Position numbers and translations under genes: made by a program
From: Chthoniobacteraceae bacterium
GTDB taxonomy: Bacteria; Verrucomicrobiota; Verrucomicrobiia; Chthoniobacterales; Chthoniobacteraceae
Reading direction: 5' to 3'
Assembly (NCBI GenBank): GCA_044221185.1
Contig: JBGAPP010000016.1
Span: 46,652-78,651, forward strand
Length of the DNA stretch: 32,000 nt
Shown: piece after piece, positions 8,393-15,548 of the stretch
Position numbering within the stretch: the first letter of the stretch is position 1
Layout of the letters: each line of letters begins with the position of its first letter
The notes under the pieces: model-generated
Told to the model about the DNA's origin: nothing
The model's input: only the letters and a program-made list of their open reading frames with translations
Databases searched by the model: none

Positions 8393-11300
8393 ATGCCATC
8401 GAAGCCCCTTCACTTTTCCGGAAAAATCGTCGTGCGGAAACAGGACGGCCGACGGCTTGTCATCCAGCGTTCGCGCAAGTCCCGCGGGAATCCGGGCCAG
8501 TGGGAGTTTCCCGGAGGCAAGGCGGATGAGGGCGAGCACGTGGATGCGGCCCTGCTTCGCGAGGTCGGGGAGGAGACCGGGATCGCGATCCACCTTGGAA
8601 AAATCGTCGGCCACGCGCACTCCGAACTGACGGACAAGACGATCGCCTATCTCTTCTTCGACGCACAGTTCGTCTCCGGGGAGGTGAGGCTGAGCGACGA
8701 GCACGAGGACTCGCGCTGGGTGTCCCTGCCGGAGCTGCTGGAGATGAACGCGCGGAAGGAAATCGCGGAGCAGTTCCGGCCGTTCGTCGAGGCCTACTGC
8801 CGCGCGCGGGGCTATGGACAGATGAAGAGGGAGGATTCCCCCGCGCCCCGCAGTGCGGCGCGCATTGATGAGTTCGTGGCCCGGTATCAGGCGGAGCACC
8901 CCGTGTATGAATCCTTCGCCGCAACCCTGGAAAAAAACCTGAGGGACGCGATGAGGCAGATCTGCCCGGAGGCGATCGTGCAGTGCCGGCCGAAGAGCGT
9001 GGCGAGCTTTGCGGAGAAGATCCTGCGGAAAAACAAATACAACGACCCGCTCGCGGATATCACCGACTTGTGCGGGGCGCGCATCATCACGCAGATCAAA
9101 CCCGAGGTGGACGCCGTGTGCGAGTTCATCAGGACGAGCTTCGCCATCGATGAGGCCAACAGCGTGGATACCCTGACCCGCCTGCGCGCGAGCGAGTTCG
9201 GCTACCGGTCGGTGCACTTCGTCGTGCGGTTCGATGCCGAAGGCTTCCGGCAGGCACCGCACCGGCTTTTGCGCCCGAAGGCCGGAACGAAGGGCGAGAT
9301 GAGGGCCGAGATTCAGGTGCGCACCATTCTCCAGCACGCGTGGGCGGCGATCGGCCACGACCGTCTCTACAAAAGCGGTTTCGCGGTGCCGGACGTTCAC
9401 CAGCGCGAGGCCGGGCGCGTGGCGGCCGTGCTTGAGAGCGCGGATGACGCATTCGGGCGCATCGTGGACGGAATGGAAAACTACCGGACCAATTCCGGCG
9501 CGATGCCGAAGACCGACGGGGAGTTTGAAAGCGAGCAGGCGATTTGCAGGACGATCCTCAGCCATCAGGCAGGGGACTCTGCCGCCTCGGAGTCGTCCGT
9601 TCACAGGCTCGCACGCCTCTCGATGCTGCGGAACCAATGGGCCGACGCGGTGCGCGTTCTCCGGGAATTCCCCGGCACGGGCAAATCGAGCAGCCTCGAG
9701 TGCTGCCTCGGGATTTCCCTCTGCGAACTCCACCGCGACGAGCCGTCGCACCCGGCATTTGCGGAAGGCCGCGAGGCGCTGCGGAGAGCCATCCAGCTCG
9801 ATGGGGGCAACATCGAGGCGCTCCTGCAGTTTGCCGAAACCGCGTCCGACGAGACTGAGAAGCTCGGGCATTTCCAGGCCGCGTTCGTCGCGAATCCCGG
9901 CGATCCCGAGGTGCTGAGCGCCTATGTCCGCCACAAGCTCGGGGTCGAGAAGAGCGACTCGTTCATTCCCCTGCTGCGGCCCGCGCTGGAGCAGGCGATT
10001 GCGACGTGCAGGCTTCATGTGCAGGCCGGCGTCAATCTTCCGGAGGCGCTGCTTCGCATCGCGGGTTTTCACCTGCTGCTGGGTCCCGTCCGCGACGCGG
10101 CCGGGCGCGAGGACTGCGCGCCCGCCCTGACGGCGTGCGCCCAGGCCGCCGCGCTCGCCAAGGCGCCGCTGCTGCTGAAAACCGCAAGCGAGGCAGTCGA
10201 GAAGCTCCGCTCGATGCAGCCCGGTCGCTGCGATTTGAAGGCAGTCTCCCGGTTTCTGCTGGCGGCCTGGCGGGCGAGATTCCCGAAAGACGCGCCGTTG
10301 GAACGCCTGACCCGCATCGCCACGCACGACGAAGCCGGCCAGATGTGCAGGATCGAAGGTCCGGTGGTCATCATCGCGGGCGGATGCGATCCGGCCCATG
10401 CCGGGCGGGTTGCGGGCTACCGGGCCCTGCTGCACGAGTGCCTTGCGGATTTCAAAGGCACGATCGTCTCCGGCGGAACCCGCGAGGGCATCAGCGGGCT
10501 GGTGGCCGAACTCGGCGAGAGGCACCCCGGGCGGCTCCGCACGGTCGGCTACCTCCCCGCCATGCTTCCGAGTGATGGAACCGCGACCCGCGATGGCCGC
10601 TACCACGACCTTCGGCGCACCGACGGGGACGCGGGATTCTCCGTGCTCGAACCGATCCAGAACTGGATCGATCTCCTGGCATCGGGAATCGCGCCGGAGG
10701 ATGTGCGCGTGATCGGAATCAACGGCGGGGCCATCGCGGCCCTCGAATACCGCATGGCGTGGGCGCTCGGCGCGCGCGTGGGCATCGTGCGCGGCAGCGG
10801 CCGCGAGGCCGATCGGATCGAACACGAAATCAACGGGCAGGAATACCCCGGCATGCTGCTGCTCCCGGAGGACGCGATGACGCTGCGCGCATTCATCCAC
10901 ACAGGCGACCGCCGCGGGTCGCCGTTCACCGCGGAGCAGGCGGAGCGCCTCGCGCGCCTGGCCCACGCGCGCTACCTCGACCAGAACCGCCACAGGCTGG
11001 GCGACCGCACGATGCGCGATTGGGATTTCCTCGGCGAGGATCTGAAGAGGTCGAACCTCGACCAAATCACCTACATGACGCAGATCCTGCGCGCCGTCGG
11101 CTGCGGCGTGGCGACGGCGGGTTCCGGTGCGGCACCTGGCAAATTCAGCAGTGAGGAATCCGAAACCATGGGGCGGATGGAGCACGGGCGGTGGAATGTC
11201 GAGCGCTTGAGCCAGGGGTGGCGCTGGGGTGAGAAACGTGAGCCCGAGAAGCGTCTCAGTCCGTTTCTGGTCTCGTGGAATGATCTCGACGATGGGGTGA

Positions 11301-11428
11301 AGGGCTGGGATCGCAGCGTTGTGGACACTTTCCAAGATCTGCTGGCCGAAATAGGAATGCAGATCGTCCGCGAGCCGGCGACGGCGGCGCGCCCAGACAC
11401 CGAGAATTCCGAAAGAACCCATCCATGA
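8393..11428 (+). CDS. Multidomain Nudix hydrolase + RelA/SpoT-family nucleotide pyrophosphokinase + helical/TPR-like + SLOG (LOG/TRPM-type Rossmannoid) + RyR-domain protein
   Basis: Perfect Nudix box at aa 42-64 (GKADEGEHVDAALLREVGEETGI, nt 8516-8584). All five RelA/SpoT synthetase motifs fall within aa 199-327 (nt 8987-9373): RPKSVASFAEK, DLCGARII, GYRSVH, EIQVRT, HDRLYK. A helical region spans aa ~380-650. A SLOG-like region spans aa ~655-835: PVVIIAGGCD, IVSGGTREGISG, GINGGAIAALEY, VRGSGREADRI. The RyR-type tail spans aa ~845-990, including MEHGRWNVERLSQGWRWGEKREPEKRLSPFLVSWNDLDDGVKGWDRSVV. Confidence 0.85.
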   Translation: MPSKPLHFSGKIVVRKQDGRRLVIQRSRKSRGNPGQWEFPGGKADEGEHVDAALLREVGEETGIAIHLGKIVGHAHSELTDKTIAYLFFDAQFVSGEVRLSDEHEDSRWVSLPELLEMNARKEIAEQFRPFVEAYCRARGYGQMKREDSPAPRSAARIDEFVARYQAEHPVYESFAATLEKNLRDAMRQICPEAIVQCRPKSVASFAEKILRKNKYNDPLADITDLCGARIITQIKPEVDAVCEFIRTSFAIDEANSVDTLTRLRASEFGYRSVHFVVRFDAEGFRQAPHRLLRPKAGTKGEMRAEIQVRTILQHAWAAIGHDRLYKSGFAVPDVHQREAGRVAAVLESADDAFGRIVDGMENYRTNSGAMPKTDGEFESEQAICRTILSHQAGDSAASESSVHRLARLSMLRNQWADAVRVLREFPGTGKSSSLECCLGISLCELHRDEPSHPAFAEGREALRRAIQLDGGNIEALLQFAETASDETEKLGHFQAAFVANPGDPEVLSAYVRHKLGVEKSDSFIPLLRPALEQAIATCRLHVQAGVNLPEALLRIAGFHLLLGPVRDAAGREDCAPALTACAQAAALAKAPLLLKTASEAVEKLRSMQPGRCDLKAVSRFLLAAWRARFPKDAPLERLTRIATHDEAGQMCRIEGPVVIIAGGCDPAHAGRVAGYRALLHECLADFKGTIVSGGTREGISGLVAELGERHPGRLRTVGYLPAMLPSDGTATRDGRYHDLRRTDGDAGFSVLEPIQNWIDLLASGIAPEDVRVIGINGGAIAALEYRMAWALGARVGIVRGSGREADRIEHEINGQEYPGMLLLPEDAMTLRAFIHTGDRRGSPFTAEQAERLARLAHARYLDQNRHRLGDRTMRDWDFLGEDLKRSNLDQITYMTQILRAVGCGVATAGSGAAPGKFSSEESETMGRMEHGRWNVERLSQGWRWGEKREPEKRLSPFLVSWNDLDDGVKGWDRSVVDTFQDLLAEIGMQIVREPATAARPDTENSERTHP

Positions 11429-11712
11429 GCTACCAGCCGGCACCGATTGACACCTCCGCGATTTCCCTTCCAGCAGATCTTCACGCCTTGACGGAGTATC
11501 TCGCGGAAAACGCGCACGACCTGTGGGCCGCGCAGCGGATTTCCGAGGGCTGGACATTCGGTGCCGAGCGCGACGACGCGGCGAAGAAGCACCCATGCCT
11601 CGTTTCCTACGCTGACCTGCCCGATTCGGAGAAAGTCTATGACCGCCAGACCGCGATGGGCACGCTGAAGGCCATCCTCGCGATGGGCTATCGCATCGAG
11701 CGGGGTTCCTGA
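11425..11712 (+). CDS. Stand-alone RyR (ryanodine-receptor Ryr) domain protein
   Basis: 95 aa: LTEYLAENAHDLWAAQRISEGWTFGAERDDAAKKHPCLVSYADLPDSEKVYDRQTAMGTLKAILAMGYRI closely follows the RyR repeat consensus as I remember it. The ATG overlaps the upstream stop (ATGA, 11425-11428). Confidence 0.85.
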   Translation: MSYQPAPIDTSAISLPADLHALTEYLAENAHDLWAAQRISEGWTFGAERDDAAKKHPCLVSYADLPDSEKVYDRQTAMGTLKAILAMGYRIERGS

Positions 11713-11730
11713 GAGAAAGGATGAGCTGAC

Positions 11731-13722
11731 ATGAGCGCGGGCACACAGGACCACATGCACATGCCGCTCCGGCGGTGGTGCATCATTCTCGGCTTGGGAA
11801 TTGCAACAGTGGTGTGCGGGACCGTCGGGCTGGTCCTCTACGGACGCGCGCACGGGCACCATGCCGAGGGTGCGATGGAGATTCCGCAGGCATTTTACCA
11901 CTCGCTGCAGATGCTCCTGCTGCACACTCCGCACCTCGAGCACGGGCCGAACTGGGGCATTCTCGCCGGCGAGTTTTTCGGCGCGGCGACCGCGCTCCTC
12001 ACCGTGGTGTTCCTGCTGCACCACAGGGCGCGCCGCGAACTGCAGCGGTTCTGGCTCCGGTTTGCGGAGGAGCACATCGTGGTCTGCGGAATCGGCGACC
12101 GCGGCCTCGAAATCGTCCGCAGGTTCGGCCCCGCGCTGGATCTCCCCCTGCACGCTCGCTGGCTCGGGGCTCTGAAGCGGCTCGGTCGGCGGCTTACCGC
12201 CGTCGTGCAGCGGGTGGTGCGCGTGGCGTTGTGGCGCGAGGGCGCGCAGGACCGCAACGCGGCCCGCGATTTTGCGAATGCCTGCGCAGGCCGCGGTGGC
12301 TGCGGTGGCTGCGGCAATCGCCAACTCGACGCCCGTGAGATCGTCGTCATCGATCCCGCGCCGGATGAATCCGTGCGCGAGAAGCTCGAGCAGGCCGGCG
12401 TGTGCGTGCTGAAGGGCGACGCCACCGAGAAGGAAATCCTCCTCCGCGCCCGCATCGCCCGGGCGTCGCAAATCTTCGTCATCACCGGCTCGGATCAGAC
12501 GAACCTCGCAATCGCCGCCGCAGCGTTTCATGCATCCAAGGATGGCAGGCCGCCCGAGTGCCGCGTTCACCTCTCGAACGCAAACCTCCGCCAGGCTTTC
12601 GACGCGTCCCTCGACGGCACCGAGGATCATCCGGCGGCCCGTCCGCACTTCTTCGATGTGTTCGACCGGGCCGCGCGACGCGTCTTCCGAGACCATCCGC
12701 TCGACGGCGCGGGCATCCGGAGGACCGACACCACGCAGGTGCATCTCGTCGTCATCGGCTTTGGAAAAATGGGGCGCAGCCTCGCGCTGAACGCGGCGCG
12801 CCTCGGGCATTTCGCAAACGGAAAGCCGCTCCGCATTTCCATCGTGGACCGCCACGGCGCTGCGAAGGAGGAGACCTTCCGCTTCCGGCACCCCGCGTTC
12901 GGCGAGCAGGAGTTCTGCGTCCTCGATTTTCACCAGCTCGACGCCGCCTCCGCAGCGTGCGCACGGCAAATGCAGGCGTGGGCGGACGAGCCGGACACGA
13001 GGCTGCACATCTGCCTCTGCCTGGATGACGACATGCAGAGCCTCGAACTCGCGCTGCGCTTCCAGAAAACCCTCGGGAGGACCGACTCCCTCCTCGTCCG
13101 AATCCGCGCGCGCCCGTCCATCAGGGACATCATCAAAGTGGCCGCGAAGGAGCCGCAGATCGCCGTCTTCTCCACCGCCGATGAAACCGGCGACGACGAG
13201 GATCTCGACACCATCGCCCGCGCGATTCACAGCGCCTTTGTGAAGTCCATGGTGCCCGACCCCGCGGAGTATGCGGCGAAGGTCGCGAAGAATTATGCGC
13301 TCCGTCCGTGGAACGAGCTCCGCGACGACTTCCGGGACTCGAACCGCCAGCAGGCGGACCACCTTTTCATCAAGCTGCGCGCCCTCGGATACGACCTCGC
13401 GGATCGAGACAAAATCCCCGAGGGCGCGACCCCTGCCGACGATGTGAAAGCCGCGGACTTCACGCCGCTCGCGCCTCTCGAGCACACGCGCTGGAACGCC
13501 GAGCGCTGGCTCGCCGGCTGGCGCCTCCCGCCGCCCGGCCCCCGCGACGAAGACACGGACAAGAAAAACCGCGTTTCGCCTTACCTCGTCAAATGGGAGG
13601 ACGTTCCGCGGGAAATCCAGCGTTACGACGTGCAGGCAGTGGAAAACATCCCCGTGCTCATCCGCGATTTTCTTCCCGGCAAGGTCATCATCCACAGGGC
13701 TGGCACAAAGCACGGCGCCTGA
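11731..13722 (+). CDS. Membrane protein: 2 TM helices + two TrkA-N/RCK-like Rossmann domains + C-terminal RyR module (ion-channel-like candidate effector)
   Basis: TM1 is WCIILGLGIATVVCGTVGLVLY (nt ~11776-11841) and TM2 is WGILAGEFFGAATALLTVVFLLH (nt ~11953-12021). The first GxGxxG is IVVCGIGDRG (12088-12105), followed by VVIDPAPDE...VLKGDATEKEILLRARIARASQIFVITGSDQTNL, typical of TrkA_N. The second GxGxxG is LVVIGFGKMGRS. The tail has PWNELRDDFRDSNRQQADHLFIKLRALGY plus LEHTRWNAERWLAGWR...KKNRVSPYLVKWEDVPREIQRYDVQAV (RyR-like). Alternative starts exist at M9/M11. Confidence 0.8.
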   Translation: MSAGTQDHMHMPLRRWCIILGLGIATVVCGTVGLVLYGRAHGHHAEGAMEIPQAFYHSLQMLLLHTPHLEHGPNWGILAGEFFGAATALLTVVFLLHHRARRELQRFWLRFAEEHIVVCGIGDRGLEIVRRFGPALDLPLHARWLGALKRLGRRLTAVVQRVVRVALWREGAQDRNAARDFANACAGRGGCGGCGNRQLDAREIVVIDPAPDESVREKLEQAGVCVLKGDATEKEILLRARIARASQIFVITGSDQTNLAIAAAAFHASKDGRPPECRVHLSNANLRQAFDASLDGTEDHPAARPHFFDVFDRAARRVFRDHPLDGAGIRRTDTTQVHLVVIGFGKMGRSLALNAARLGHFANGKPLRISIVDRHGAAKEETFRFRHPAFGEQEFCVLDFHQLDAASAACARQMQAWADEPDTRLHICLCLDDDMQSLELALRFQKTLGRTDSLLVRIRARPSIRDIIKVAAKEPQIAVFSTADETGDDEDLDTIARAIHSAFVKSMVPDPAEYAAKVAKNYALRPWNELRDDFRDSNRQQADHLFIKLRALGYDLADRDKIPEGATPADDVKAADFTPLAPLEHTRWNAERWLAGWRLPPPGPRDEDTDKKNRVSPYLVKWEDVPREIQRYDVQAVENIPVLIRDFLPGKVIIHRAGTKHGA

Positions 13723-13781
13723 ATTCCAGCACGTGGACGACCGCTCCTGCATACTCCGACCACCTGTTGACGCCGTGAAGA

Positions 13782-13811
13782 TGGAGCGGGTAGCGGGAAT
13801 CGAACCCGCAT
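13782..13811. repeat. attL: 30-bp direct repeat identical to the 3' end of tRNA-Gly
   Basis: TGGAGCGGGTAGCGGGAATCGAACCCGCAT at 13782-13811 is identical to 29048-29077. The flanking bases differ on both sides (a/g before, t/g after). Confidence 0.9.
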
Positions 13812-13850
13812 TTCGATTCACCCTTGGGAATCGAACCATTTTTCCCTAGA

Positions 13851-13907
13851 GTGAGAACACGCTGGAAAGGTCTGGACGGGCTTGGGTGTTCTCACTAATG
13901 TTCTCAC
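13851..13907. repeat. Three copies of GTTCTCAC (one inverted), candidate integrase arm-type sites, left end
   Basis: GTGAGAAC at 13851-13858 (inverted), GTTCTCAC at 13888-13895 and 13900-13907. The same 8-mer occurs twice near the right end. Confidence 0.35.
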
Positions 13908-13911
13908 CATT

Positions 13912-15057
13912 ATGCCGAGCCTACACAAACGCTCTCGTTCCCCATTTTGGGTTGCCGCCTACTGCGCTGCGGATGGCAGACGCCTCAAAAAATCCACGCG
14001 CACCACAGAACGTGCCCTTGCCATGAAACTTGCGCTCGAATGGGAGCAAGCGGCCAAGGCGGGGCGTGCGGGGCGTCTTGTCGAAAGCCAGTGCCGACGC
14101 GTGCTTTCCGAAATCCACGAACACGCGAACGGCGAGCCGTTGCATTTTCATTCGGCGGGCGCGTGGTTGGATGAATGGCTTGCGGGGAAGAAAGGCGTCA
14201 CCACTGAACGGACGCTTCTGAAATACACGCAATATGTCGCCGAGTTTCGCGAGAGCTTGGGCGAGAGCGCCAGCAAGCCGTTGGCTTCGATTTCACCGCG
14301 CCACGTCCGCGCATTCCGGGATTCGCTCGCGCGCGCCGGACATTCCCCGGTCACGGTCAACGGCGCACTCAAGATATTGTCCTCGCCCTTCAATGCCGCG
14401 CAGCGTTTGGGATATATCGCCGTGAACCCATGCGCGGGCGTCGAACTTCTGCGCGACGATGCCGACGCAGAGAAAGACGTTTTCGCGCCGGAACAGGTTC
14501 GTTCGCTTGTGGCGGCGGCGGAGGGCGATTGGAAGGGCGTGATCCTTGCGGGCTACTTCACCGGCCTGCGCCTGCGCGACGTGACGGAACTGCGTTGGGA
14601 CGCATTGGATTTCAAAACCGGCTTGCTTCGTGTCAAGACGCGCAAGACGGGCGCGGTTGTTGTGCTCCCGCTTCACAAGGAGTTTGCCGCATGGCTGCAA
14701 GAGCAAACGCGGGGCATCGGCAAAGCCCCGATCTTCCCCGCGCTTGCTGGCAAGACAGGTGGGGGCAAGAGCGGCCTTTCCATGAAGTTTCGCGGCATCA
14801 TGGAGCGGGCGGGCATCGTGGGGCGCGTGCTTCGCCAGCGTGCCGAGAACAGCGCGGGTCGCACGCAAAGCAGCCTCTCGTTTCACTCCCTCCGCCATTC
14901 GTTCAACTCCGCACTCGCCAACGCGGGCGTGGCACAGGAACTCCGCCAGAGACTCACAGGACACGCGAGCGCGGCCATGAATGCGAAATACACACATCAC
15001 GAACTCGACGCCCTCCGTGCGGCTGTCGCTCTTGTGCCAAGTGTCGCGGCACAATGA
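13912..15057 (+). CDS. Tyrosine site-specific recombinase (phage-type integrase)
   Basis: MPSLHKRSRSPFWVAAYCAADGRRLKKST is an N-terminal arm-binding-like segment. Catalytic-type motifs are present: GLRLRDVTELRW (Arg), HSLRHSF (HxxR) and GHASAAMNAKYTH (Tyr). The ATG at 13912 is preferred over the TTG at 13882 used by the track. Confidence 0.9.
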   Translation: MPSLHKRSRSPFWVAAYCAADGRRLKKSTRTTERALAMKLALEWEQAAKAGRAGRLVESQCRRVLSEIHEHANGEPLHFHSAGAWLDEWLAGKKGVTTERTLLKYTQYVAEFRESLGESASKPLASISPRHVRAFRDSLARAGHSPVTVNGALKILSSPFNAAQRLGYIAVNPCAGVELLRDDADAEKDVFAPEQVRSLVAAAEGDWKGVILAGYFTGLRLRDVTELRWDALDFKTGLLRVKTRKTGAVVVLPLHKEFAAWLQEQTRGIGKAPIFPALAGKTGGGKSGLSMKFRGIMERAGIVGRVLRQRAENSAGRTQSSLSFHSLRHSFNSALANAGVAQELRQRLTGHASAAMNAKYTHHELDALRAAVALVPSVAAQ

Positions 15058-15512
15058 GCGCCAAGAAAATCGCAATTAAGCCGGAAGAGTGGGATTTTTC
15101 GGGCTGTCCAAAAAACGAACGGATGGAATGCTGTCTTTACGAGTATGCTCGTTCTTCCGAGGCATTCCGTGCTCAGTATGACGAATTGAAGGGGAGTAAT
15201 CCCGCAGAGGGAACGGCTGCACTACTTGGCTCCACAGGCTTTGGCCTGAGCTTGAATTGCCCGGAGTTTCCCGCAACTCCGTGGCTGAGGATTGATACTC
15301 AATTTCGGCGAAAGCGCGTTATGCGTCTATTTACGTTCAGAGACCAGAGTTTCGCCGTTGCGAATCCAGTATTTGGCCAAAGATTCAACACGGAAACAGG
15401 GGAGGAAACGGTGCTTGTCGAGATTTGTTGGGGGTGTCCAAAGCCTCAAATCGTCGAGGATTTTGAAAAATGGGTTAAGGCGAATCACAAAGCGAAACAG
15501 GGCGACAACTGA
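15054..15512 (+). CDS. Hypothetical protein (152 aa), translationally coupled to the integrase
   Basis: The ATG overlaps the integrase stop (ATGA, 15054-15057). This is the only plausible part of track ORF 14430..15512. I recognise no domain. Confidence 0.5.
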   Translation: MSAKKIAIKPEEWDFSGCPKNERMECCLYEYARSSEAFRAQYDELKGSNPAEGTAALLGSTGFGLSLNCPEFPATPWLRIDTQFRRKRVMRLFTFRDQSFAVANPVFGQRFNTETGEETVLVEICWGCPKPQIVEDFEKWVKANHKAKQGDN

Positions 15513-15548
15513 CTTGACGCACCAATCGCAATCTGTGGGAGTGCGCGG

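Noticed and set aside
12295-12312. Short tandem repeats (9-bp x2 at 12295-12312; 12-bp x2.6 at 24197-24227) considered as CRISPR or phase-variation tracts
   Set aside because: They have only 2-3 units, no spacers, and are in-frame within coding sequence. This is not a CRISPR array, and unit lengths divisible by 3 argue against frameshift phase variation.
8393-13722. Possibility that the RyR operon is part of the tRNA-Gly integrative element
   Set aside because: It lies outside the 30-bp direct repeats (attL begins at 13782), and its visibly high G+C resembles the flanking core rather than the island interior. It may still be older accessory DNA at the same hot spot, but that cannot be shown from this window.
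8333-13839. Two very long minus-strand ORFs (8333..11746, 1137 aa; 11071..13839, 922 aa) covering the RyR operon
   Set aside because: Their translations are Arg/Ala/Gly/Pro-rich low-complexity sequences with no recognisable motifs. The plus-strand frames carry clean Nudix, RelA/SpoT, SLOG, RyR and Rossmann motifs. These are classic antisense shadow ORFs of high-GC DNA.
14430-15053. N-terminal 208 aa of track ORF 14430..15512 (+), and antisense ORF 14293..15075 (-)
   Set aside because: Both overlap the integrase gene, whose frame carries the tyrosine-recombinase catalytic motifs. Only the portion after the integrase stop (15054..15512) is kept.
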